Source: an uncultured Actinomycetota bacterium (GTDB lineage: Bacteria > Actinomycetota > Actinomycetes > Mycobacteriales > Micromonosporaceae). Taken from it: 64,000 nt of DNA. A program made the translations under genes and the position numbers. Below are positions 1 to 9,246 of this stretch, piece after piece. Position 1 is the stretch's first letter. Each line of letters starts with the position of its first letter. The stretch covers positions 663,042 through 727,041 of the forward strand of contig CAWIKR010000002.1 in assembly GCA_963836775.1 (NCBI GenBank), in the 5' to 3' direction. Below the pieces are notes generated by a model. It had not been told where the DNA came from and did no database searches. It saw only the letters and a program-made list of their open reading frames with translations.

Positions 1-639
1 GGCTCCGGCAAATCCACTCTGGTCAAGGCGATTCTCGGGCTGGTGCCGCTGGCCAGCGGCGAGATCCGGCTATTCGGCACGCCGCAGGCACGGTTCTCGG
101 ATTGGTTCCGGATCGGATATGTGCCGCAGCGCCTGGGTGCCGGTTCCGGCGTACCGGCGACCGTCGGTGAAGTGGTCGCCTCCGGGCGGCTCGCCCGCCG
201 CGGCTTCCTGCGGCCGGCGCGATCCGCGGACCGGCTCGCGGTCACCGAGGCGCTCGCGGCCGTTGGTCTGGCCGATCGGGTACGCGATCCGGTCGCCACT
301 CTCTCCGGCGGTCAGCAGCAGCGAACATTGATCGCCCGCGCCCTCGCCGGGCACCCGGATCTGCTGGTGCTCGACGAGCCAACGGCCGGCGTCGACGCGG
401 CCAGCCAGGAGGCGTTCGCCGCGGCGCTGCGTCGGTTCGTTGACGAGGGCGGCACGGTGCTCCTCGTGGCTCACGAACTCGGGCCGCTGCGACCGGTCAT
501 CAACCGCTGCGTAGTGGTCCACCAGGGCACCGTCGCTCATGACGGCTCACCACCGGCTCCGGCCGGCCATCACGCCGACCCGGACCACGACCACGTCCAT
601 CCTCACGCACCCACCGACCAGTCCGGATTGTGGGGATAG
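1..639 (+). CDS. znuC: Metal (Zn/Mn-type) ABC transporter ATP-binding subunit, 5' end cut by window edge
   Basis: Frame 1 reads GSGKST (Walker A) from nt 1; LSGGQQQR signature and LLVLDEPT Walker B; His-rich tail [13 protein letters not shown]; followed by a permease and a Zur regulator. Confidence 0.85.
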   Translation, partial: GSGKSTLVKAILGLVPLASGEIRLFGTPQARFSDWFRIGYVPQRLGAGSGVPATVGEVVASGRLARRGFLRPARSADRLAVTEALAAVGLADRVRDPVATLSGGQQQRTLIARALAGHPDLLVLDEPTAGVDAASQEAFAAALRRFVDEGGTVLLVAHELGPLRPVINRCVVVHQGTVAHDGSPPAPAGHHADPDHDHVHPHAPTDQSGLWG

Positions 640-641
640 TG

Positions 642-1514
642 ATGACACTGTTCTCGTACGACTTCATGGTGCGCGCGCTGATCGGCGCGATGATCACCGG
701 TGTCAGTGCCCCGGCCATCGGCACCTACCTGGTCCAGCGTCGGCTGGCTCTGATCGGTGACGGCATCGGTCACGTGGCGCTCACCGGCGTCGGCGTCGGA
801 TTGTTGCTGCACCGGTCACCGGTGCTCACCGCGGTGATCGTGTCGGCCCTCGGCGCGGTCGCCATCGAGCTGATCCGGGAGCGCGGCAAGTCCTCCGGCG
901 ACATCGCCCTCGCGCTGCTCTTCTACGGCGGCATCTCCGGCGGCGTCTTCCTGGTGTCGCTGTCCAGCGACTCGACCAACGCCAACCTGAACTCGTACCT
1001 GTTCGGTTCGGTGCTGACCACCAGCCGTGCAGACTTGATCGTGATCGCGATCTTGGGCGCCGCGGTGCTTCTGGTCGCGCTCGGCGTACGCCCCTGGCTG
1101 TTCGCCGTCAGTCATGACGAGGAGTTCGCGCGCGTCTCCGGTCTCCCCGTACGCGCACTGAACCTGACCCTGGCGATCGTCACCGCGGTGACCGTCACGG
1201 TGGCCATGCGTGCCGTGGGTCTGCTGCTGGTCAGCGCGCTGATGATCGTGCCGGTCGCGGCCGCCCAGCTGATCACCCGCAGCTTCCGGTCCACCATGGC
1301 ACTGGCCATGGTGTTCGGCCTGATCTGCTCGATCGTCGGGCTGACCGCGTCGTGGGAGATGAACACGCCGCCCGGCGCGTCCGCGGTGCTGGTGGCGATC
1401 CTCGGGTTCGTCGTGATCGCGATTGGGGTCAGCGGCTGGCGGCACCGGCTGCGCGCCCGGCTCGCCGCCGGCGAGGCGGCCGAGCCACCGGATGTCGTAC
1501 TGGAGGCTTCCTGA
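642..1514 (+). CDS. znuB: Metal ABC transporter permease (ZnuB/MntC family)
   Basis: ORF 630..1514 is multi-TM and hydrophobic; N-terminus MTLFSYDFMVRAL is typical of the family. ATG at 642 preferred; GTG at 630 or 639 also possible. Confidence 0.85.
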   Translation: MTLFSYDFMVRALIGAMITGVSAPAIGTYLVQRRLALIGDGIGHVALTGVGVGLLLHRSPVLTAVIVSALGAVAIELIRERGKSSGDIALALLFYGGISGGVFLVSLSSDSTNANLNSYLFGSVLTTSRADLIVIAILGAAVLLVALGVRPWLFAVSHDEEFARVSGLPVRALNLTLAIVTAVTVTVAMRAVGLLLVSALMIVPVAAAQLITRSFRSTMALAMVFGLICSIVGLTASWEMNTPPGASAVLVAILGFVVIAIGVSGWRHRLRARLAAGEAAEPPDVVLEAS

Positions 1515-1831
1515 TGACTCCCGATACCTTGGTGGCGATGAAGGCGACTGACGACTACGCGGCCGCAGGCGAGCTGCTCCGGGCGCTGGCCGCGCCGCTG
1601 CGGATCGCGATCGTCACCGAACTCGCCCGCGGCAGCAAGTGCGTCCATGAGCTGGTCGCGTCGCTCGGCGCTGCGCAGCCGCTGATCTCGCAGCATCTCC
1701 GGGTGCTGCGGGCGGCCGGCGTGGTCCGCGGCGATCGGCGCGGTCGCGAGATCGAATACGCACTGACCGACGAGCACATCGCCCATATCGTCGCGGACGC
1801 GGTTCTGCACGCGAGTGAGGTGACACGATGA
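1514..1831 (+). CDS. ArsR/SmtB family metalloregulator
   Basis: Winged-HTH sequence LAAPLRIAIVTELARGSKCVHELVASLGAAQPLISQHLRVLRAAGVV; ATG overlaps the permease TGA (TGATG); same position as smtB (Rv2358) upstream of zur in M. tuberculosis. Confidence 0.85.
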   Translation: MTPDTLVAMKATDDYAAAGELLRALAAPLRIAIVTELARGSKCVHELVASLGAAQPLISQHLRVLRAAGVVRGDRRGREIEYALTDEHIAHIVADAVLHASEVTR

Positions 1832-2223
1832 CGGCGCCGCAACGAAACACCCGGCAGCGCGCGTCGATTGCCACGCTGCTGGCCGAGGTCGACGGATTCG
1901 CCAGCGCCCAGGATCTGCACGCGAAGCTGCGCCAGCGCGGCGAACGCGTGGGGCTGACAACGGTCTACCGGGCACTGCAGGCGCTTGCCGATGCCGGCGA
2001 GGTGGACGTGATGCGGCCGCCGGGTGGCGAGCTGCTCTACCGCCAGTGCTCGTCCGGGCACCACCATCATCTGGTGTGCCGGGTCTGTGGCCGCACCGTC
2101 GAAGTCGAAGGCCCGGCCGTGGAGAGCTGGGCTGATCGGGTCGCGGAGAAGCACGGATTCGTCGACATCGCCCACACGCTGGAAATCTTCGGCACCTGCC
2201 CGGACTGCGCCGGTCACGCCTGA
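1828..2223 (+). CDS. zur: Fur family transcriptional regulator, Zur-type
   Basis: NTRQRASIATLL..., HHHHLVCRVCGRT and C-terminal CPDC metal sites; ATGA overlap with the ArsR gene; zinc ABC genes upstream. Confidence 0.85.
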   Translation: MTAPQRNTRQRASIATLLAEVDGFASAQDLHAKLRQRGERVGLTTVYRALQALADAGEVDVMRPPGGELLYRQCSSGHHHHLVCRVCGRTVEVEGPAVESWADRVAEKHGFVDIAHTLEIFGTCPDCAGHA

Positions 2224-2765
2224 GCCTCGAGCCGGCTCGCGAACACTCCCACGCCCGAGGCGCGCAGCGCTCGGAGGACGCCCGCGACCGGGATGTGCGG
2301 TCGCCCAGCCCGTCCGGTGTCGGCGGACTGCTCGCGAATGATCGACAGGACCAGCTCAGGTTGGCGATCCAGCAAGTCGCACAGAAAGCTGTCCGGATGC
2401 ACGGCTTCGATGCCGAACGGAGCTGTGGCGTGCACCGGGAAGTCCCTGAGGTTGGCAGTGACGATGAAACCCGCGTTGGCGATCACGGCGACGGCGAGGA
2501 CATGCCGGTCCTTCGGATGGCATGTCATGTCGCTCACGAGCTGCTGATATCCGCGCACCATCGCCAGCGGAAAGTGCACTCGCATGGCGTTGACTCGCCG
2601 GGCGATCGCAACCTCGTTCAGCCGCGTGGGCAGGTTGCGGCGCACCTCGTCCAGAATGTCGGCGGACCACAATGGCCGGTAGAGCTCAGACTCCGCCATC
2701 CTGAGCAGGGTGTCGGACAGCGCACTAGGAATGAGCACGCACGCATCGAGAACCGCCGCGTCCAT
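2214..2765 (-). CDS. PIN domain protein (putative type II toxin)
   Basis: N-terminal VLDACVLI acidic motif and overall PIN-like pattern; directly downstream of a small HTH gene; converges on zur and overlaps its 3' end by 10 nt. Confidence 0.65.
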   Translation of the reverse strand: MDAAVLDACVLIPSALSDTLLRMAESELYRPLWSADILDEVRRNLPTRLNEVAIARRVNAMRVHFPLAMVRGYQQLVSDMTCHPKDRHVLAVAVIANAGFIVTANLRDFPVHATAPFGIEAVHPDSFLCDLLDRQPELVLSIIREQSADTGRAGRPHIPVAGVLRALRASGVGVFASRLEAQA

Positions 2766-2797
2766 GAGCGCAGTCTATGCGCTCCAATGCGGTGTCT

Positions 2798-3232
2798 CTA
2801 GTGGACATCCTCGTCGTAGAGTCCAGCCTCGGCGAGGTCGGCGGTCAACTCGGCAAGTGCCGCGCGGCGGTGTCGCGATCGCTCTTCTTTGTAAGCGAGC
2901 AGGTCTGCCAGGGCGATCCGGCGGCTGGAATTCGGCCGTGAGAATGGCAGCGCGCCGTCTTCCATTAGTTTCACCACCGTCGGCCGGCTGACGCCGAGGA
3001 TCTCGGCCGCTTCGCCAGTGGTCAGAATCGTGCTTTGCGGAGCGATCACGACGGCGCGCCCGCGCGCGAGCAGGCCGGCAATCTCGCCGACGGCGGCCGT
3101 CAGCGCTTCCGGCAGGTCAACCGGCTCGCCATCGTCGACGACGAGACGCAGCCTCGCCTGCTGTGGCCGCTGCGCGATCCGGCGGAGCAGCTCCACGTCA
3201 CGCGGGCTGTCAACAGCGGGAACCAGGCTCAT
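2798..3232 (-). CDS. Excisionase/MerR-type HTH DNA-binding protein (putative antitoxin)
   Basis: LTTGEAAEILGVSRPTVVKLMEDGALPF HTH; ATG at 3232 follows a GGAGG RBS; the longer ORF reaches 3262. Confidence 0.65.
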   Translation of the reverse strand: MSLVPAVDSPRDVELLRRIAQRPQQARLRLVVDDGEPVDLPEALTAAVGEIAGLLARGRAVVIAPQSTILTTGEAAEILGVSRPTVVKLMEDGALPFSRPNSSRRIALADLLAYKEERSRHRRAALAELTADLAEAGLYDEDVH

Positions 3233-3304
3233 CGCAACCTCCAACTCGAAGGTTACGAACAAAGCGAAAGAAACGCAACCTGCCTGCGCCTACGTGTTCG
3301 GCAC

Positions 3305-4027
3305 CTAGGTGGTTGGCACGTAGGTGCCAAGGCTGCGGATCAGCATGTCCAAGCCGAACTCGAAGCGTTCCTCGCTGGTGCCCTCCATCAACTCGTCGAC
3401 GTGGCGGGTGAGCAGCGGAAACCGATCGGCCGGCAGGTTCTGGAAGAAGTCCCGGACGCTCCCGAAATAGCTCTCCATGAACTCCTCGCGAGTCTGCCCC
3501 GACTCCTGGTAGAGCTTGTCGTAGAGCGTGCCCTCGAAGGCGTCGGCCGCGATATACAGCGCGAACCGGTCCACGGCGAACGCCGCGACCTTTGGCGGCA
3601 CTCCCCCAGCCAGCATGATGGCGAGCCAGCCCTCCGCGATCCGCAACGCATTCGGACCGGTCGGCACGCTGGCCAGACTCACCCGTGCGATGTCCCGATG
3701 TGAGGTGTAGACCCGGAACGACTGCATGGCGATCTCGCGCAACTGATCCTGCCAGTGCGCCGGATCCGGAACCGGGACCTCGATCTCGCTCATGATCCGG
3801 TCGTGCACCAGCTCCAGCAGCTCGTCCTTGTTGGCGACGTGCGCGTAGAGCGACGCGGCGCCGGTCCCAAGCTCCTCGGCGACCCGGCGCATGCTCACGC
3901 CGTCCAGCCCGTCGCGGTCCAAGATCATGATGGCCATTTCGACGATCACGTCGCGGCTCAGCGCCACCCGCGAACTTGCTGGTTGACGCGTCCGCTTCCA
4001 GCTCGGAACGGGCATCACATCGGCCAT
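3305..4027 (-). CDS. TetR family transcriptional regulator
   Basis: Only the last 240 codons of ORF 3305..4885 look genuine. TetR HTH GVSMRRVAEELGTGAASLYAHVANKDELL; divergent from an MFS gene. Confidence 0.85.
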   Translation of the reverse strand: MADVMPVPSWKRTRQPASSRVALSRDVIVEMAIMILDRDGLDGVSMRRVAEELGTGAASLYAHVANKDELLELVHDRIMSEIEVPVPDPAHWQDQLREIAMQSFRVYTSHRDIARVSLASVPTGPNALRIAEGWLAIMLAGGVPPKVAAFAVDRFALYIAADAFEGTLYDKLYQESGQTREEFMESYFGSVRDFFQNLPADRFPLLTRHVDELMEGTSEERFEFGLDMLIRSLGTYVPTT

Positions 4028-4047
4028 GCAAAACACTGTACTACGCA

Positions 4048-4116
4048 ACGAACGCCATTCGCTAGACGAACGCCGTTCGGCTACTGTACGGTGTTCGCAG
4101 TAACGAACGCCGTTCG
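4048..4116. promoter_or_regulatory. Three copies of the near-palindrome ACGAACGCC(A/G)TTCG, candidate TetR operators
   Basis: Copies at 4048-4061, 4066-4079 and 4103-4116 in the tetR/MFS divergent spacer; arms CGAACG/CGTTCG are inverted repeats. Confidence 0.5.
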
Positions 4117-4120
4117 AGGC

Positions 4121-4240
4121 GACCGGAGACGTCAACCCAGAGACGACGACCGAGACGTCAACCCAGAGACGTCGACCCAGAGACAACGACTCAAGACGTC
4201 GACCCAAGAGACAACGACCCAGAGACGACGACGCAGAGAA
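4121..4240 (+). repeat. Imperfect tandem repeat, unit about GACGTC(A/G)ACCCAGAGAC(G/A)ACGAC, 4-5 copies, in the MFS 5' leader
   Basis: Direct reading of 4121-4240; ends 10 nt before the MFS ATG. Confidence 0.6.
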
Positions 4241-4249
4241 GAGCCGAAC

Positions 4250-5734
4250 ATGACCACCGCAGTGGAAACCACCGAGATTCGCGGGAGCGAGCCGGATACC
4301 CCGGCGCCCTACCGCTGGCGCTGGATCGCCCTTTTCGTGATCCTCGCGGCCGAGGTGATGGACCTTCTGGACGCGCTGGTGACCACCATCGCCGGTCCAG
4401 TGATCCGGACCGACCTGGGCGGCGCCGAGAGCATGATCCAGTGGCTGGGCGCCGGTTACACGCTCGCCATGGCCATCGGGCTGGTCACCGGAGGTCGCCT
4501 CGGTGATCTCTACGGCCGGAAGCGGATGTTCATCATCGGCGCCGCCGGATTCACCGTGGCCTCGCTGTCCTGCGCGTTCGCCCAGGACCCGACGATGCTG
4601 ATCACCTCGCGAGTCGCCCAGGGCCTGTTCGGCGCCCTGATGCTGCCGCAGGGGCTCGGCATGATCCGGCAGATGTTCAACCCGAAGGAGATGGCCGCCG
4701 CGTTCGGCGCCTTCGGCCCGGTCATGGGTCTGTCCGCGATCGGCGGCCCGATCCTGGCCGGCTGGCTGGTCACCGCCAACTTCTTCGACACCAGCTGGCG
4801 GATGATCTTCCTGATCAACCTGCCGCTGGGCGTCGCCGCCGTGCTGGGCGCGCTGAAATACCTGCCGGAATCCCGCTCCGAACACGCCACCAAGCTGGAC
4901 CTGCCGGGTGTGGCGATCCTCAGCGCCGCGGCCTTCCTGGTCATCTACCCGCTGGTCGAGGGCCGCGACCTGGGCTGGCCGGCCTGGACCTTCGCCTCGA
5001 TCGCGGTCGGCCTGCTGACCTTCGCGCTATTCACGCAGTACACCAAGCGAATCGCCGCCAAGGGCAAGGACCCGCTGGTGACGCCGTCGCTGTTCAGCAA
5101 GCGGTCGTTCCGCGGCGGTCTGCTGGCCGGCGCCGCGTTCTTCGCCGGAATGATCGGGTTCTCCCTGGTCTTCAGCCTGTACCTGCAGATCGGCCTGTCC
5201 TACTCGCCGCTGAAGACCGGTCTGGCGGCGATTCCGCAGAGCCTGGGCATGGTGATCGGTTTCGTGGTCGCCGGTGCCGGGCTGAGCGCGAAGCTCGGCC
5301 GCAAGCTGCTGCACATCGGCCTGATCGTGATGGCTGCCGGCGTGGCGCTGTTCGCGGTCATCCTGCACGCCGCCGGAACCGCCGGCGTCAGCCCGTGGCA
5401 CCTGTCCCCCGCGCTGACCGTCGTCGGGTTCGGCATGGGCCTGCTGATGGCGCCGTTCTTCGACCTCATCCTGGCCGGTGTCGAGGAGCACGAGATGGGG
5501 TCGGCGTCCGGCACGCTGAACGCGATCCAGCAGTTCGGCGGCGCGCTCGGCATCGCCGTCCTGGGCACGATCTTCTTCCACGTGATGAAGATCGGCCCGA
5601 CCGGACCGGTGCCGGCCACCGTCGAGCACGGCATGCAGGCGATCCTCTGGGTCGTGGTCGGGCTCATCGGAGTCACCTTCGGCGCCGCGTTCCTGCTGCC
5701 GAAGAAGGCCCGAGAAGACGCGCCGGCACACTGA
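4250..5734 (+). CDS. MFS transporter, DHA2 (EmrB/QacA-like, 14-TMS) drug:H+ antiporter family
   Basis: MTTAVETTE... then WIALFVILAAEVMDLLDALVTTIAGP and GGRLGDLYGRKRMF motifs; ATG at 4250 inside ORF 3755..5734. Confidence 0.85.
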   Translation: MTTAVETTEIRGSEPDTPAPYRWRWIALFVILAAEVMDLLDALVTTIAGPVIRTDLGGAESMIQWLGAGYTLAMAIGLVTGGRLGDLYGRKRMFIIGAAGFTVASLSCAFAQDPTMLITSRVAQGLFGALMLPQGLGMIRQMFNPKEMAAAFGAFGPVMGLSAIGGPILAGWLVTANFFDTSWRMIFLINLPLGVAAVLGALKYLPESRSEHATKLDLPGVAILSAAAFLVIYPLVEGRDLGWPAWTFASIAVGLLTFALFTQYTKRIAAKGKDPLVTPSLFSKRSFRGGLLAGAAFFAGMIGFSLVFSLYLQIGLSYSPLKTGLAAIPQSLGMVIGFVVAGAGLSAKLGRKLLHIGLIVMAAGVALFAVILHAAGTAGVSPWHLSPALTVVGFGMGLLMAPFFDLILAGVEEHEMGSASGTLNAIQQFGGALGIAVLGTIFFHVMKIGPTGPVPATVEHGMQAILWVVVGLIGVTFGAAFLLPKKAREDAPAH

Positions 5735-5748
5735 CGATCACCGCTGCA

Positions 5749-5778
5749 GCGTCCGCTTCCGGCTCCCGGAGCGGGCGC
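5749..5778 (+). terminator. GC-rich hairpin downstream of the MFS gene
   Basis: GCGTCCGCTTCCGG-CTC-CCGGAGCGGGCGC followed by a T-containing tail. Confidence 0.35.
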
Positions 5779-5811
5779 TGTCAGTTCATCCGGCGGTACG
5801 CGGATCCGCCG

Positions 5812-6189
5812 TCACCGTGCGGTCTGCGGCAGGTTCACGCAGATCAGCCCGTACGCAGTGGCGTATCCGGCAAGGCTGTCCACACCTGACTGCCAGCGCA
5901 TCGCCGTGTGCTGCAGCGGCGACGTGACCTCGCCATTGGCGAGCGCGAGCATGGGCTCATCGTCACCCGGCACCCAGGCGCCGCCAAGTGCCCGGCGCAG
6001 CACCTCGCCGACGTACGCGCCGATCATCGCGACCTTGGCGCCGGCATCACCGGCGAGTGCCGCGTCCCGGCCGTCGCTGTCGAAGAACCGGTCCACCTCG
6101 ACCAAGCTGGCCGGGCTGAAGTCGGTCGCGTAGCCGAGTTCGGCCAGTGCGGCGGCGGCTTCGGCCGCCGCCTCGTCGAGATGCTCCAC
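5812..6189 (-). CDS. Hypothetical protein
   Basis: 125-aa ORF with actinobacterial codon bias; no motif recognised. Confidence 0.5.
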   Translation of the reverse strand: MEHLDEAAAEAAAALAELGYATDFSPASLVEVDRFFDSDGRDAALAGDAGAKVAMIGAYVGEVLRRALGGAWVPGDDEPMLALANGEVTSPLQHTAMRWQSGVDSLAGYATAYGLICVNLPQTAR

Positions 6190-6290
6190 GGGCGGGAATC
6201 CTAGACATGCTGTCGCGATCCAGCTACCCGCTCTTCAGCAAACGTTCACCTTTCGCTGATCATGCGTCGAGGTGACACCAATCACCGAGC

Positions 6291-8243
6291 TCACACCGAG
6301 CGCTTGGGGATCCGGCGGCGGAGGTCCGGCACCGTGCTCGGCCCGGGCTCCCAGGTGGCCACCCACTCCCCGTCGGCCGGTGGCGCCAGCACGCCGCCTT
6401 CGAGGAATTCGTAACGGCCGTCGAGCACCCGCTCGGCGAGCTTGGCGTCGTCGGCGTCGGTGTTGTCCCAGAGCTGATCGAAGAGCGCCTCGACTCGGCC
6501 GCGAGCCTGGAAGCAGAACAGATCGGCGAGCTCCCGGGATTCCGGCCGGTCCTCCGTGGTGGCACGGACCACCGTGGCCGACATCGCGAAGAGTTCCGCT
6601 CCGATGTCCACCATCCGACCCAGGAACGCCTGCTTGCGCTCCATCTTGCCGCGCCAGCGCGCCATCCCGTAGAAGGTGTCCCGCGCCATCCGGCGGGACG
6701 CCCGCTCGACATACCGAACGTGCTTGGCCAGAGCGCCGAATCGCGCGTACCCTCCGGCGATTTGACCCTTGCCGACCGTCAGGGTCGGCAGCCAGCGGCC
6801 ATAGAATGCGCCACCGCGGAGGCCGGCCTTGACCTTGCGCCCCATCGACGCGTCCGGGTTGATGATGTCGCCGGCGACCGACAGGTGCTGGTCCACAGCC
6901 TCGCGGGCGATAAGTAGATGCATGATCTCGCTGGAGCCCTCGAAGATGCGGTTGATCCGCAGGTCGCGCAGCAGTTGCTCGACGGCGATCGCCTTCTCAC
7001 CGCGGGCGGCCAGCGAGTCGGCGGTCTCGTAGCCCCGGCCGCCGCGGATCTGGATCAGCTCGTCGGCCATCAACCAGGCCATCTCCGAGCCGTAGAGCTT
7101 CACCAGTGCGGCTTCGATCCGGATGTCGTTGCGGTCATCGTCGGCCAGCAGGCACGAAAGCGTGAGCATCGACTCGAGGCCGTAGGTAGTGGCGGCGATG
7201 AACGCGATCTTCTTCGCGACCGCCTCGTGCTGGCCAACCGGCAGGCCCCACTGCACCCGGTTGTTGGCCCACCCGCGGGCGACCGCGAGACAGTATTTTC
7301 CGGAGCCGACGCACATCGCGGGCAGCGACAGCCGGCCAGTGTTCAGCGTGGTCAGCGCAATCTTCAAACCCTGACCCTCACGGCCGATGACGTTGTCGGC
7401 CGGGACGAACACGTCGTGGAATCGGGTCACGCTGTTTTCCAGGCCGCGCAGGCCCATGAAGGCATTGCGGCGCTCAATCGTCACGCCGTCCGAGTCGCCC
7501 TCGACCACGAACGTGGTGATGCCGCCCTTGTGACCGTCGGACGGCGGCACCTGCGCCATCACGACGAACAGGGTGGCGACGGAGCCGTTAGTGGCCCACA
7601 GCTTCACGCCGTCGAGCCGGTATCCGCCCTCGACCGGGACAGCCGTGGTGGACATCCGGGCCGGGTCGGAGCCGACATCCGGCTCGGTCAGCAGGAACGC
7701 GGACACCTCGCCGGCGGCCAGCCTGGGCAGGAACTTCTGCTTCTGTTCATCGGTGCCGAACAGCTTGAGCGGCTGCGGCACGCCGATCGACTGGTGCGCC
7801 GACAGCAGCGCGCCGATCGACGCGTTGGCCGAGCCCACCAGCATCAACGCCTGGCAGTAGTGCAGGTTGGACAGGCCGAGTCCGCCGTACTTCCGGTCGA
7901 TCTTCATGCCGAACGCGCCCAGGTCCGCGAGCCCTTGGAAGACTTCGTCGGGGATCCGCGCGTCGCGCTCGATCTCGGCACCGTCGACCTCGGACTCGAG
8001 GTAGGCATACAGCTTGCCGAGGAACTCGTCGGCAGTTGCGGTCGTCTCCGGATCCGGTGTCGGCCACGATTCGATCAGATCCATCCGCAGCCGGCCGAGG
8101 AACAACTCCTTGCCGAAGCTGGGCTTGTGCCACCCGGCCTCGCGGGCGGCCTCGGCCACCTTACGGGCTTGCTTCTCGTCCACGGTTGCGCCAGCAGTCG
8201 GCGTCGCAGTCTCCGGTCGGTCCTCGAGCGTCGTCATATCCAC
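6291..8243 (-). CDS. Acyl-CoA dehydrogenase family protein (long form)
   Basis: 650-aa ORF. ACAD-like segments TEPDVGSDP, KLWATNG, IRGGRGYETA, and IFEGSSEIM near the C-terminal catalytic region. Confidence 0.85.
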   Translation of the reverse strand: MDMTTLEDRPETATPTAGATVDEKQARKVAEAAREAGWHKPSFGKELFLGRLRMDLIESWPTPDPETTATADEFLGKLYAYLESEVDGAEIERDARIPDEVFQGLADLGAFGMKIDRKYGGLGLSNLHYCQALMLVGSANASIGALLSAHQSIGVPQPLKLFGTDEQKQKFLPRLAAGEVSAFLLTEPDVGSDPARMSTTAVPVEGGYRLDGVKLWATNGSVATLFVVMAQVPPSDGHKGGITTFVVEGDSDGVTIERRNAFMGLRGLENSVTRFHDVFVPADNVIGREGQGLKIALTTLNTGRLSLPAMCVGSGKYCLAVARGWANNRVQWGLPVGQHEAVAKKIAFIAATTYGLESMLTLSCLLADDDRNDIRIEAALVKLYGSEMAWLMADELIQIRGGRGYETADSLAARGEKAIAVEQLLRDLRINRIFEGSSEIMHLLIAREAVDQHLSVAGDIINPDASMGRKVKAGLRGGAFYGRWLPTLTVGKGQIAGGYARFGALAKHVRYVERASRRMARDTFYGMARWRGKMERKQAFLGRMVDIGAELFAMSATVVRATTEDRPESRELADLFCFQARGRVEALFDQLWDNTDADDAKLAERVLDGRYEFLEGGVLAPPADGEWVATWEPGPSTVPDLRRRIPKRSV

Positions 8244-8401
8244 CCCTCGCCACCCTCGCCGCTGAGTTCTGATTCAACGTTACCCACGAGTAGCGATGAT
8301 TAGGCGGTGATCGACGTGCCGATTCCGGCGTTTCACCAATCTGTGGTGGCCGGCGGGGCGGTCCCGACGTTATGTCGCCTCTAGACGGTTTCCGTGCGGA
8401 G

Positions 8402-9235
8402 CTATGCGCCGTCCGCGCCCTTGATCCGCTCCAGGATGATTTCGCTGACCTGCTCCGGCATCTCGTCGGCCATCCAATGGGTGGCATCCAGCGTCTCGAA
8501 CTGGAACGGCCCGACCACGTGGGCCGCACAGGCCCGCGCGGCAGTGCGGCCGACGGCGATATCCCGCTCACCCCATACATACGTGGTTGGTACGCGTACC
8601 TCCGGGCACGCCATCGTGCGGCCCATTGCGCGGTACCAGTTGAGCGCGGCGGTCAGCGCCCCCGGCTCCAGCATCGGGGCCACATAGGTCTCGACCCGCT
8701 CCGGCGGGCATCCGGCGAACATCGCCCGGATCGGCTCGCCGTTATCCCGCAGCAGCACACTCTCTGCCTTGCCCTCCTGGCGGAACAGGTGGAAATAGGC
8801 GGACCGCTGCTGCTGGTCGTCATCCGTGGCGATCGCCTCACCGAACGCCGTCGGATGCGGCACCGCGAGCGCCGTCAGCGTCGCGACCCGATCCGGATGC
8901 TTCGCGGCCACGTGCCAGGCCACCATGGCACCCCAGTCGTGCCCGACCAGGTGCACCTTCGGCAGGTCCAGCTGATCCAGCACCGCGATCACATCGGACA
9001 CACACTCGCCGATCGCGTACGCCGAGACGTCGGCCGGCCGGGCGCCGGGCGAGTAACCACGCTGGTCCATGACGATCGTGGTCTGGCCCAATCCGTGCAG
9101 GAACGCTTCCACGCGATCCCACATGGCGTGGTTCTGCGGAAACCCGTGGAGCAGCAGCACGGGCGGCTGGCCATCGGTCGATGGCGGCCCGGAAACGACA
9201 ACTTCGAACGTGAGCCCGCGCGCAGAGACGTCCAT
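8402..9235 (-). CDS. Alpha/beta hydrolase (epoxide hydrolase/haloalkane dehalogenase-like)
   Basis: LLLHGFPQ oxyanion motif and nucleophile elbow VGHDWG. Confidence 0.8.
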   Translation of the reverse strand: MDVSARGLTFEVVVSGPPSTDGQPPVLLLHGFPQNHAMWDRVEAFLHGLGQTTIVMDQRGYSPGARPADVSAYAIGECVSDVIAVLDQLDLPKVHLVGHDWGAMVAWHVAAKHPDRVATLTALAVPHPTAFGEAIATDDDQQQRSAYFHLFRQEGKAESVLLRDNGEPIRAMFAGCPPERVETYVAPMLEPGALTAALNWYRAMGRTMACPEVRVPTTYVWGERDIAVGRTAARACAAHVVGPFQFETLDATHWMADEMPEQVSEIILERIKGADGA

Positions 9236-9246
9236 GAGACGCGATG

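Noticed and set aside
3305-4885. 526-aa ORF apparently extending the TetR regulator. The ORFs 9247..10215, 10092..11123, 14720..15421, 15346..16647 and 23922..25334 have similar N-terminal extensions
   Set aside because: The extensions overlap neighbouring genes or intergenic regulatory DNA and lack conservation-like sequence. Internal starts with RBS or stop/start overlap fit the known family N-termini.
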